In this document: positions 24,567 through 36,627 of the stretch, one piece after another
Layout of the letters: each line of letters begins with the position of its first letter
Position numbering within the stretch: position 1 is the first letter of the stretch
Source: Eledone cirrhosa
Lineage: Eukaryota
DNA length: 64,000 nt
Direction: 5' to 3'
Assembly: GCA_964016885.1 (NCBI GenBank)
Contig: OZ024740.1
Coordinates: 250,728,001-250,792,000 of the forward strand
The notes under the pieces: generated by a model
Seen by the model: only the letters and a program-made list of their open reading frames with translations
The model's database searches: none
Told to the model about the DNA's origin: nothing
Made by a program: the position numbers and the translations under genes

Positions 24567-27500
24567 AGTCTGAACGTCTTTTTACTCGCCCTCGTAAGTT
24601 TATTTATTTACCTGTCAAAACTTATTTATTGAATTTTTTGTTGGTGTGTAAGGCATTCAAGCCCTTGGGCTTTGCCCTATGAAGGGGAAAGCAAAATATT
24701 TGAACTCTTTTACATTTTAAAAAATTATCGAAAAAAAACAAAAAAACATGGCTGAGCCACGCCCCCAGCGATATCTCTGCTGTTGTGCGACAACGACGTA
24801 AAAGTTAAGAGGAGCGCTATGGCGAAATTAACAGAAATCGATACAACAAACACCACCACAAACAATGTGAACAAAGACAGCAATGATAACAACATTGAGA
24901 ACTCTAATTTTGAAAAAAAAATGACTAACAGCGACAACGAAAATACAGATAACAGGAAAGAATGACAACAAATGCAACAACAATATCAACATCACTAACA
25001 TGAAAACAAATAGCGACAACACCAACAGCAACAATACCAACTTCACCGAGAACAACGGCGGCACCAAAGACAACAATGATAACAGCGACAGTGATAACAA
25101 CAACAACATCAACAAGAACAACGACAACAACAACACCCCCAACGACAACAAGAAGAACACTTTCGCTGCGGCAGCAGCCAAAAAGAGGCCATGCTTCAAC
25201 ATGGACTTCTCAAACAAAGATGAAAAGTTGGCCCAGGTCTGGAAGCTCATCAAGCAAGAGCAAACCTGGGCCAACTTAACTGTCTCGGTAGAAGCTATTG
25301 AGGCAGTGGAGCGCAGAACGGTACATTATATATGCATCTCAGTACCAACAAAAGGGCAGCTTTAATTCCACAAGCAGATGTTGAACTCGCGCTGAGGTGC
25401 ATCAGAGATGACACCGAATACATAGCGAGGGGCAGACAGTACGGCACCATTTCGGTACTGTTTAAGTCAGAAGCCCTCGCTATGAAACACGCTAAACCAT
25501 CTCCGCATTCCCAGAATCCCACCAGGACTTGACATGTGGTGGCTTCTGGGATGTGTGGAGGGGACGGATACCGTCCCGATAAGAAGTGGCAAGAACTGCC
25601 AGAGAGGACTGGTCCGGAGTTGACCTGGAGATGCCTCTCCAGATCAGGCCCGAGAATGTGAAGACAATCCCGGACCACATCCGCCTTCAGAATGGGACGG
25701 TCTTTCATATTATGACCGAGGGCAAAAGGCCGCAGTGTTTTGTTTGTGGGGGAAAAAACCCATTTGCGAGCCTTCTTCCCTCAACTGCTGAAAGAGGCAA
25801 GGGGTCGAAGGGCTCCACTGCTGCCGACGCCGGAGCGAAGACCACAACCAACACCAGCACCGGAAAAACCACCAGCAACAACACCAATAGAAAGACCACC
25901 ACCAACATTGACCACCCAGGGAGGAAACGAGGAAAGTTGTCAAATTCCCCCTACCCCCCAAAATTCACACACCAATAAAAACATAAACACACACACACAG
26001 ACACACTTACAGACACAGACCCCTCATCTACCAGTAGTGAAGATGAGGGAAAACCAAAATCCCCAAAAATACAAAAAAAGAAACAAAAAGAAGAAAAAAA
26101 CTCAACAAAGCACAAAATCACCCACAATAAAAAAAAATGCAGACACCACCCACGCAAACATCTCCCCAATAACATCAACATCAACACCACCATCACAATC
26201 ACCAGAATCCCCCAAACGCAAACAACTTAAACAGACGCAAGAACAAATACACACACAAACATCTGAAACCACAGACACCGCACTCACAACAAACACAGAT
26301 ACAACAGAAACATCACCATCAAAATCATCACCACCACAGCCACGCAAACAAATAAAATCACACCAACAAAAGATACAAAACTTTGTGCTCGTCAGGAGGG
26401 CCAACAAGGAACTGATGGCCCTCGTAGCACGAAGTGAAGATATACAAAAAGAGAGGGAAATTTTTAAATCGAGCACATTTCGCGTGCCGGAAGATTTGTT
26501 TCTGGTGCGAATGTCGCTCGATTTATACAAAGAGATACGAGACAGCTTTCCTCGGGACGTGGGAACCCCGAACTTAAAACCCACTTCAAGACTTTTAAAG
26601 GGGTTCCCAAAAGAAACCCCACCAACTATGGAGGTCGAACCATCCGACCTTCACAAGAGCCCGGAAGGTCAGTAAACATTTCCTCTCTCTCTTTTACCCT
26701 GCCAAAATGGCCGTATTAAGAGTAGGAAGTTTAAATCTTCGAGGCCTGGGATCGTCCTGGAAGCAGGGTCACCTGCTCAACGACCTCAGGTTTCTAGAAA
26801 TTGATGTAATTGCCGTCAGCGACACCAGGATTTCCGACACGCGCGCACTAGCCCCCATTTTCGACGACTATCAGATCTTTGCATCTGTTAGTCGGTCGGG
26901 AATGGGAGGCGGGGTGGCAGTGCTGTTTAGGAAAGGCCTGGATCTCGAGGTAAGGTCGATCTTCTGAGACCCGGACGGAAAGTTGGTGGTCCTGGACGTG
27001 AACAATAACGAAGCTCGTGTCCATCTCAGTCCGTCAAAGACCGAATCGTGGTTTTATTACCACGTTGCGCCTCTGTAACACGGGCCCATCGAACAGCTTT
27101 GGTTCCCTCGTTTCTCAGACTGGTGGCCGTCTACGCCCCTACTGGGGCAGGACGACCGGACTTCTTTAGACGCCTGGAAACCTTTCTGGGTACGTCTCGC
27201 CCTTTACTGTTAGCGGGGGGACTGGAACGGCATCTTAGACGCACGCTGGGACTGTGCGGGAGTATGCGATAGGAACGAGGGGTGCAAAAGCCTCAAGAAC
27301 CTGATCAGCCAGTTCCAACTGTCTGACAGGTACTGACTAGATTTCCCCAATGCGCCAGTGAGGACCTGGACTAACCGCATAGGGTCATCTAGATCGTATA
27401 TAGACAGGATATTCATTAGGAAAATAGACAGAAATAGTGTAAGATGTCTACGTTTTAAAATGGTCGCCTATTCAGATCACAAGTTTGTGATCTGTATGGT

Positions 27501-30223
27501 CAACCTAGAGAAGATGCGCAGGTTAGGACCTGAACATGTCATTTCCAGCACTTAAGGCTTACAGGCACCAGGTCAAAAATTTAGTTAAAGAAAGGGTTGA
27601 CAGGGGGAGTCGTCAACAATAGATGTGGGGGGGGATCTCAAAAGAGAGATTAGGGTAATGTCGATAGAGTTTAGCAAAGAAGTAGCGTTAGAGAAAAATA
27701 GAAAGGAGGGGGAGTTGGTAGATAAGTTTGTAGTGGCATTGCAACTAACGTGCTAGCGGCGAGAATGGCATTAGACCATTTCTTCAATACCAAACACGAA
27801 GGTTGCATTGTCAGAGCTAAGGCGCGTGCTCTGAGAAACGAGGGAACCAAAGCTGTTCGATGGGCCCGTGTTACAGAGGCGCAACGTGGTAATAAAACCA
27901 CGATTCGGTCTTTGACGGACTGAGATGGACACGAGCTGAGTGATTCCAATGGATGTGTGAGGCCTTTCGCCAACATTTTACTCGCTTGTTCGGGGGAAGT
28001 GGCGGGTCAGAGACGGTGGCAGACTTCAATCCCTACCTCGATGGCTTGCCGCACCTCTCGACAGCCGACGCTGGGCGCTGCGAAAGGCCGATTACTTCAT
28101 CCGAAACTCAGGACGCCCTTGTCGGCTGCATGAGGCGCAAGTCACCCGGTTTGGATGGTCTGCTCTATGAGCTTTACATAAATATGCCAGACTTGTTCTC
28201 TGATCTCCTCGAAGCGCTCTACTGCAACTGGCAGCAGAATGGGAGTATTCCCAGTTCTGTGAGCGGGGGAGTGGTGACGCTGATAAAAAAAGACGAGAAC
28301 AAGAGGGACACATTAGACAATTTCAGGCCCATAACTCTGCTCAACACAGAGTTTAAGATTTTGGCTAGGGTGTTAGCGAAGAGGTTGGCGCTTGTCGTCG
28401 GGGATTTGGTTGGGGAGGCGCAAACTTGCGCAATCCCAGCCAGGTCCATACACGACAACCTCCACCTCATGAGATACATCATAGAGAGAATAGGGTGTAA
28501 ATCTGGCTTCGGTGGGGCTCTGATCAAATTAGATCAATCGAAAGCATTCGATAGGGTCGACCATCGGTACCTGGATGCTGTTCTCAAGGCGGCTGGCTTC
28601 GGCCCCGTCTTCAGAAGCTGGATCGCTGCAATGCACAGTGGCACCTGCTCGGTGGTCAAGGTTAATGACCACATCTCGGAACCGTTTCAGGTCTCCCGAT
28701 CGGTCCGTCTGGGTGCCCTCTTTCCTCCCTTCTGTACGTACTGACTCTCGAGCCTTTACTGCAGAAGCTGGAGCTGTTGCAGAGCATCCCGCTCGAATCG
28801 GGATGCGGAATGGCTGTTTCGGCTTATGCGGACGACATCACCGTGACAGCGTCGGACACCTCAGAAATCGAGGTGGTCGGTAACTTATTGGAGGAATATG
28901 AAAGGTTGACGGGAGCAAAACTTAACCCGGAGAAGCCGATGGGCTTGCAGCTCGGCACCTGGAGAGGCAAGTGTATGCTTCCAACAGAGTCGTTAGGCGC
29001 TGGACGGACGAACCGGTAAAGTTGCTCTGGGTTTGGTTCGGACCAGACCTCCAGGTGGATAAGAATTGGGACGAGGTGACGGGCAGGGTAGCCAATCTCA
29101 CCCAGAAATGGGCTGTGAGAATTCTATCACTGAAAGGTCGGGCGGAGGTCGTGAACGCGTACATCGCGATGACGCACGCGGAGAGGCTCTGGGCGTCAAC
29201 GAAGTCGAACTAACCAGTCTCTTCCGGAGGACTTTCGAGCCGGAGACGGTGGACAATTTCCAGAAATCCCTCGCTTGGCAGTGCTACCGGGGGGCACTGC
29301 CGATTCGAGATAAACTCTACAGGCACGGAAGTGCTGTCAGACGGACTTGCCCGAGATGCGCGCAGAGCGACGAAACCGTTCTGCACGCACTAGTCTAGTG
29401 TCCGTGTATTATTGACTAAAATGGCGGTGGATTGGCAGTATCGGTAGAGGTTCGGACGCCATGCTTTGACGCATAGAGTTACGGCCCTTGCCATTCTGAG
29501 TTCAAATCCCGCCGAGGTTAACTTTGCCTTTCATCCTTACGGGGTCGATAAAATAAAGTACCAGTAATGTACTGGGTAATTTTCTGGCCTTGTGCCAATA
29601 GTAGAAACAATTATTGACTTGTGGAGTCATGTCGAACAGCTATTGTCGCGCGTAGAACGGATCCGGCTATCGGCCGAGTCCATAGTGAAGATCGACCCGC
29701 CGCCTTCCTTTGGCCAGGAAGGGCAGGCAATTTTCCTCTGTCTGGTGGCAGTAGCGAACGATGTTTTATGGTGGACGAGGTTGAAAGGACTGAAGACAGA
29801 CACTTTTCTCTTCGGCCAATCTCTCATCAACTTTTTCAAGTTTCACTTGGAAAATAAGATAAGGGTGGAGAGAGAAGTGTTGCCCCCCAGTACATTTACT
29901 GAAAGGTGGGTGAATGTGGCGAGAATGGCCCGTGTGAGTGGGCCTACTCTAGTCATGCGCCTGTAGGTGGGTAAATTTGAGGAGGAGAGGGGTGCCCTTC
30001 CAGGGTGCTCTCGAAGCGTCGGGTCCTTCAGGTATGGTAGGGTACCTGAGCGAACACTGGGTGGTCACCCCCCCCCCCCCCATTGGGAAATTTTTCTTGT
30101 GTTTTTCTTGTTACTTTGTTATTGTTATTCATATTGCTTACTCGATTTTTCTGTAAAACCCCACTGTCCCAGTCTTTTGTATTGTCCCCTATGTGTCGGC
30201 CCTTGTAGCCAGTAAATGAAATC
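24567..30223 (+). mobile_element. Tx1-clade non-LTR retrotransposon copy C (diverged subfamily), decayed
   Basis: ORF1 remnants (poly-N, TFAAAA, RGRQYGTISVLF, EGKRPQCFVCG). ORF2 from 26707 (MAVLRVGSLNLRGL) to 29966 with KSPGLDGL, QSKAFDRVDH, SAYADDI. Flanked by (ATT)n on both sides. Confidence 0.93.
29422..29612 (+). mobile_element. tRNA-derived SINE inserted in Tx1 copy C with target-site duplication
   Basis: GGCGGTGGATTGGCAGTATCGG (A-box-like), GAGTTCAAATCCC (B-box), conserved core and tail GTAGAAACAATTATT. ATTATTGACT at ~29408 and ~29610. Confidence 0.9.
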
Positions 30224-30238
30224 ATTATTATTATTATT

Positions 30239-30426
30239 GTGGTGGATTAGCAGTATCGGTAGAAAGTCGGACGCCATGCTTTGACGCATAGATTTACGGC
30301 CCTTGCCATTCTGAATTCAAATCCCGCCGAGGTTAACTTTGCCTTTCATCCTTACGGGGTCGATAAAATAAAGTACCAGTAATGTACTGGGTAATTGTTG
30401 GCCTTGTGCCAAACGTAGAAACAATT
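30239..30426 (+). mobile_element. tRNA-derived SINE between ATT tracts
   Basis: Near-identical to 29422-29612. Confidence 0.9.
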
Positions 30427-30447
30427 ATTATTATTATTATTATTATT

Positions 30448-31160
30448 GGCGATCTACGTAGGAAATCGTATTATTGTGAGCTCCGCGAAGGTTTGTTTCA
30501 AATTGCCAGTTATGGAAAATTTTTGTTAAGTGTTTATAAGTTCACATATATTGCTTTCTGTAAAGGACAGCCCAAAATTTAAACTTTTATAATTATCAAA
30601 CAAAAACTTTCTTTGAAAAATACATGGATGACTCACAGCCACACGAAGCTGACAGGCTTCCTCACAAACTAACACCTAACACCACCATTGTAAATATTAC
30701 TACGGTTGCCAACACTAAAAATATAAGCAGTGGCAATAATTTAAATTTGTCACATGCAGACATACATTTCCCGCCATTACCAATAACTGCATGTGTTAAA
30801 GCCGCCACCCCCACCACCACCACAGCGACAACAGAAACAAAAAAAAATTAATTATTATCTCGTGACATCGAAATGGATTCACCCAGAATCGACTCTTCCA
30901 CGCCGAACACCACTGACGCCACAACCACCACCACCAGTACCACCACAACTGAAACTAAAAAATAACAATAACAAAAAAAAAACGATAACAACAGCAACAA
31001 CAACAATGAGAATAACAACAATAACATCAACACCAGCGTAAAACAAAATGTGTCGTTTGCCAAAGCAGCCAAGAAAGGCGAAACAATCGAGGTAAGCCCG
31101 GATGAATTAAATGAAGCCAAGCGAATGGTAAAAAAAGATGGGTACAGGGTCAGCCCCCCC
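30448..31160 (+). mobile_element. 5' fragment of a further Tx1-like element (ORF1 N-terminus)
   Basis: Follows (ATT)n. SFAKAAKKGETIEVSPDELNEAKRMVKKDG resembles SFAGIAKNLDTILITNEELQEARKMLTKTG of copy B. Confidence 0.6.
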
Positions 31161-31430
31161 CCCATTTTTTCTTCTAACTTTGATTTTGTACCTAATTATG
31201 TATGGTTGACGATATATCTAATCGATTTCCACATGCTATTAGAAATGCTGGGTAAATATTATATAGCTGTTGATCGCGGATAGATAGCTATCGTTTATTT
31301 ATCTATTATTTCTTCATACGTGCCTTTTAATCTTATAGCCTTGTTTAATTGGCTTTTTGTGTGGTTGATTATGCTGATTGGGAGAGGAAATAATGTATAT
31401 ATTTTATCAAATGATTCTATGGACATACTT

Positions 31431-31433
<3 letters not shown>

Positions 31434-31526
<93 letters not shown>
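31434..31526. repeat. (TA)n microsatellite; start of the TA/TATG/CA/GA microsatellite field
   Basis: Direct reading. Further long tracts near 36255, 38860, 39630, 44181 (CA), 44660, 48700, 49705, 51840, 52066, 62548 (GT). Confidence 0.98.
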
Positions 31527-31528
<2 letters not shown>

Positions 31529-31579
31529 ACAAGACAGTCAAGGCTGGGACGCTTTTGATCACAGGTCAGTCGATATAGG

Positions 31580-31615
<36 letters not shown>

Positions 31616-31689
31616 TCAATTTCAGCACCATCTCCATAATATTGACCCCCATCGCCACCACCAATAAGTGTTAACAAGCTTAGTTCCTT

Positions 31690-31900
31690 TCACTCGCTAT
31701 CGAGTTCCGGGCAACGAGATTTTCACTCAGCACGACCCGAATCTACTTCCAGTTTAGGCTAAGCCCTTGTCTGCCGAGTCCTCTATAGTTCTCAATCATG
31801 TCTTAATAGGCCTCACGTCCTATGGACCCCACCTCTGGCTTCCACTCGAGAGAGACTCATTTACCTAGCAAGCAACTTCATAGGAGGCGAGCGCAGGTGT
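31690..31900 (-). mobile_element. Possible RTE-clade LINE C-terminal relic
   Basis: Minus-strand SLEWKPEVG..RPIKT.LRTI resembles the W.P.G.R..GRP.KTW C-terminal motif of RTE elements; contains stops. Confidence 0.3.
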
Positions 31901-33183
31901 GTACCGTAACAACAACAACATCAAATGTCCATTGAAGTGTCTTGAATTTTACCACTTAAAAAGGTCTTGATTCAGATTTAACCTCGAAATTCGGCAGCAC
32001 GATACTTTTTCCCTTTTGAGTGTGGTGGTGGTGGTGGTGGTGGTATATTCATTTGGAACGCATAAGGGAATGTGGAAGTGCGATAATAACCATATTCTGA
32101 ACGATTACTAGACAAATATTAGAGTGTAAGACTTATTGACAACAAAACAAACATATTCATGGGTTAGTGCCAAACTAAGTGTTCTGTTGCGGAACTGTTA
32201 AATCGCCCAGCAGGAAATGCTGAAAATTGATTGGTCAAAAGAAGCTCTACGTATGTTTGTGGTGGGCAGAGTTTAATCTGCAATAGTCTGTAGGTGTATG
32301 AGGGAGCGAGAGAAAGAGTGAAAGAAATCGGAGAGGTGGGGAGTGTGTGTATGTGAGTGTTTTTTTTTGTGTATTTGTGTGCGTGGTATGTAAGGTATAC
32401 ATAGATGTGTAGATTAATTCACTAAGGCCATTTTTTAAACCTTAAAAATTTCATTTTTAGAACAGCCAGCGACACTTACTGCATCAGCTATTGTCCTCGA
32501 ACTCTTCACTAATCTGGCAGGAGCGTTACAGTTATCTCATATAGCCGTGTTGAATAGTATGTGTCGAACTGTAAGCCACGGAGTAGCTATATCTGTTAAA
32601 GTAACTAGAAATACTACTTTCAAGCGGTGAACCTCAGCTGCTATATCTACAACACAACATATCACTTGAAATTACTGTGCACGTCTATTCCCTCAACATG
32701 CCGCCTTGAACGACGTGATAAAAAAAAAGGAGCCTTGATAAGGCTGGTTTCTCATCACAACTGGTGCTACTTGGTGATGGTAATCGCCCAAACGAGACAA
32801 CTCTGTTCCCGTTCAAGGGAGTAAACCTCTAATCCAGGAGGCCACGAGCTGCGACATGTTCTCAAACCCCAACCTAGTGGCTTCGACCACAAAGATGGCT
32901 AACTATAATCCGTAAGGCAACGAGGAAAATAGTCAAATACTGAGACATGACCGACTGCTTCTTTTCATGTCGACAACCGTCGTAACCTCTGGTGTCTTCG
33001 GTTCCCGAACTACCGAGTGCCCCAGCAAAATTACAATGGGGTGGATGATACAGCGGGTGTCACTGGCCTTTCTCAGCAGCAGTGCTTTCATCATTGTGTC
33101 GACGAGGTGTCTGAACGCGGCACGATTTAAACGGGTTTTATACAAATATGACTTTGATTTGCGAATGAAATGATGCAACAACA

Positions 33184-33214
<31 letters not shown>

Positions 33215-33240
33215 TGTATGTATGTATGTATGTATGTATG

Positions 33241-33850
33241 TTCTTCTGGTTTTATAATTTCACAAATTTTTACCAATAGAGAGAGAGTCGGTTTCTAACA
33301 TAGACACAAGACTCTCTCATTGGAATTTACACAACATCAACTAGGTAGATTATGTATGTATGCATACATGTGTAGATATGGATGTTATTGTATGTGTGGA
33401 TGTGGATGTTTTGAGTTGTATGTGTGCATGGTTATATGCTTTGTATCTGTACATGTGTATATGAAGTTATTAGATGCAACATTTTTGGAATGTTTTACAT
33501 ATTTTTACTGTTCCGTTAATGGATTGTACTTGTAATTTCCTAACTAGTTGTGTTCTTTCTGTTCCTGTGAAGCCTAGCATCTCAAGATTTGTATTGAAGC
33601 AGTTACTAACATACCCCAGTGCCCCAATAATCAGAGGCATAAATCTGCAGGTGTAATCAGGGTGGAGTATCTGCAGATTTCTCATCAGTTCTGCATAAAT
33701 ATACTCCTTTTCGCTGGCATCTGCTGGGCAGCTAATTTCCACTACTGTGCATGCTTTCTTTTCCCTGTCCCATATCATAATATCTGATCTGTTATGCCTG
33801 CATTTTATTGGGGTTTTTACTGAAACATTCCACCAGTACTCTTTCATATT
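33241..33850 (-). mobile_element. 5'-truncated RLE (R4/Dong-like) retrotransposon family 3, in (TATG)n
   Basis: ORF 33470-33847 [35 protein letters not shown] is an RLE domain. Perfect (TATG)n on both sides. Confidence 0.88.
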
Positions 33851-33925
33851 ATGTATGTATGTATGTATGTATGTATGTATGTATGTATGTATGTATGTAT
33901 GTATGTATGTATGTATGTATGTATG

Positions 33926-34557
33926 TCAGGTCACCAGGTCACACATTATGTCAGATCACCAGTTGGTGCTACTGGTAACATGTATCCCAGTACAACCTGT
34001 CTCATGGTCGCGTCGTTGGCGACTAAACTGGCAACCCCACCTAGGTTTCTTGGTGAGGAGGAGACTTTGGACATCCTGCAGGACTAAAAACAAAACCTGT
34101 CAAAGGGCAAAGGAGCTCTTAAGAGTCAATGGCCATCCAAAATCACCGGGAGAGATGACCCCTTAGCCTTTGTCAAGGCAGAATTCTAGGAGAAGGAAAA
34201 CTCTGATATAACACCTGCAACCCTGATGGTATCCAATGATGTTGACTTGTTCTTCTTTTTGGTAAATATCATCTTGGTTAAGAGAGTGGGACTGGCTTTG
34301 TGCAGTGCCTTTGCTCACTATAAAATCTTCACGGCACAGGCATTTCTTTATATCTGGAGATCTCTCTGCACTTGTCGTCACATGGTACCATGGGCCCAGC
34401 ACTATGTGTCAATAATTGTCACAGGTGTAGTGTTTGTACCAGAGTTTTCAAGTCGCTGGCTGGACTAAAAAGTCACACTTGTTCAGCGCATCGGTACGGG
34501 TTCTCCTACATGGATATAAAGTAGTGGCCGTACTCGAAAACGAGTTGGCAGCCACCA
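33926..34557 (+). repeat. ~610-bp interspersed non-coding repeat, copy 1
   Basis: TCAG.TCACCAGTTGGTGCTACTGGTAAC...GAAAACGAGTTGGCAGCCACCA; also at 37884-38489 (+) and 52719-53327 (-). Short 5' duplication in this copy. Confidence 0.9.
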
Positions 34558-34663
34558 AGTATATATATATAAATATATATATGTATATGTATGTATGTTT
34601 GTATGTATGTATGTATGTATGTATGTATGTATGTATGTATGTATGTATGTATGTGTGTATAAG

Positions 34664-34697
<34 letters not shown>

Positions 34698-34808
34698 TGT
34701 ATGTATGTATGTATGTATGTATGTATATGTAGATATATATATATATGTATGTATGTATATCTATGTGAATATGTGTATATGTGTATGTATGTATATATAT
34801 ATATGGAT

Positions 34809-34846
<38 letters not shown>

Positions 34847-34902
34847 TTCGTTTCTGAATTTGTTTAGCAAGATTCTTTATCTGAAATCGTGTGTTGAAAC
34901 CG

Positions 34903-36250
34903 ATATTGTTATACTTTGGGAGGGTCATGTTGCCAATAAGAAACACACGCACCAGTTGCTTTCACTTCAATTTATTATATATTTATAAATTTATAAATTT
35001 ACAAATCTACAAACTTATAAATTTCTGGTTGGTTGGTTGGTTCCACAACCAGATAGTTGTTTATATATAGTCATAGACCTTTCGTCACACACTCTGTGAC
35101 CTCTTCAGTGACTGGGGATTCCTTTCTTTGTTTCTGTGCCTTTCCTTTCTTCTGTCCTACGCCATTTTGTTTCTGTGTGTGTGTTGTGTGCTCAGTTTGC
35201 GCATGCGCCACATCCGGGTGTCTGTGTGTGTTTGTGTTCATTTATCTATTTGTTTATTTATTTACATGTTGTTGGTTGGTTGTTTGTTCTATGTGTGTGT
35301 TTTCATTTTGTCCTTAATTGTAAGTTGTGATGTTGCTGTTCCACTCATATTTTCTATTTAATTTTGGTTGTAATCCTTTTATGCTTACTGCCTCTGTAAT
35401 TTGCCTAAACATTGCATCTTTTCTGTGTGTGGATTCTATTTTTATTTATATGTTCTCTAATTTACCCTTGTGTTCCATCTTAGCATGTTGGTAGAGTACA
35501 GATGATTCTTTATTATCTTGAAAGTCTCGCCAGTGTTCATTTATTCGTTCCCCTATACTACGAGCTGTCTCACCTATGTACACTATATTTTTGTTTCTAC
35601 ATTGTCCTTCAGTACATCTTATGCTATACACTACATTTCTAGTTTTACAGTTAATATGGGGGCTTATTTTACAGGTTATACATTTCTTATCTATACATGA
35701 GGGTCTTTGGAACGGGTATGTCTTGCTAATAAGTGTTTTTACGGAGGTACCAGAAAAGATGCAATGTTTAGGCAAATTACAGAGGCAGTAAGCATAAAAG
35801 AATTACAACCAAAATTAAATAGAAAATATGAGTGGAACAGCAACATCACAACTTACAATTAAGGACAAAATGAAAACACAACCAACCAACAACATGTAAA
35901 TAAATAAACAAATAGATAAATGAACACAAACACACACAGACACACGGATGTGGCGCATGCGCAAACTGAGCACACAACACACACACAGAAACAAAATGGC
36001 GTAGGACAGTAGAAAGGAAAGGCACAGAAACAAAGAAAGGAATCCCCAGTCACTGAAGAGGTCACAGAGTGTGTGACGAAAGGACTATGACTATATATAA
36101 ACAACTATCTGGTTGTGGAACCAACCAACCAACCAGAAATTTATAAGTTTGTAGATTTGTAAATTTATAAATTTATAAATATATAATAAATTGAAGTGAA
36201 AGCAACTGGTGCGTGTGTTTCTTATTGGCAACATGACCCTCCCAAAGTAT

Positions 36251-36257
<7 letters not shown>
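34903..36257 (-). mobile_element. 5'-truncated Penelope-like element with inverted pseudo-LTR
   Basis: GIY-YIG fragment 35446-35775 (CITCK..NCKTRNVVYSIRC..VYIGETARSIGERINEH). Arms 34903-35426 and 35751-36257 are reverse complements. Confidence 0.9.
35069..35113 (-). ncRNA. Minimal type I hammerhead ribozyme in PLE pseudo-LTR (mirror copy at 36048-36092 +)
   Basis: AGTCA CTGAAGA G GTCAC-AGAGTGT-GTGAC GAAA GGTC TA TGACT: stem I AGTCA/TGACT, conserved core, stem II GTCAC/GTGAC, very short stem III. Confidence 0.8.
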
Positions 36258-36320
<63 letters not shown>

Positions 36321-36627
36321 GTGTGTGTGTGTGTATGTATGTATGGATATATATATATATGTATGTGTGTATGTTTGTATGTATATATATATAAATATAT
36401 ATGTATATGTATATATATATATGTGTGTGTGTATGTATGTATTATGTGTATGTAAGTATCTATATATATATATATATATATGTGTGTGTATGTATGTATC
36501 TATATATATATAAGTATATATATATATGTATATATGTGTGTGTGTATGTATGTATATGTATATAGATATATATATGTATATATGTATGTATATGTGTGTA
36601 TGTATATATATATATATATATATATAT

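Noticed and set aside
29422-29520. tRNA gene
   Set aside because: A/B boxes belong to the SINE head; no cloverleaf, and it is followed by the SINE core.
32220-32290. CCAAT-box and GC-box-like words (GATTGG, GGTGGGCAG)
   Set aside because: Short motifs with no linked exon or ORF.
32933-33184. 83-aa minus-strand ORF in non-repetitive sequence
   Set aside because: No recognisable domain or splice structure; insufficient evidence for a host exon.
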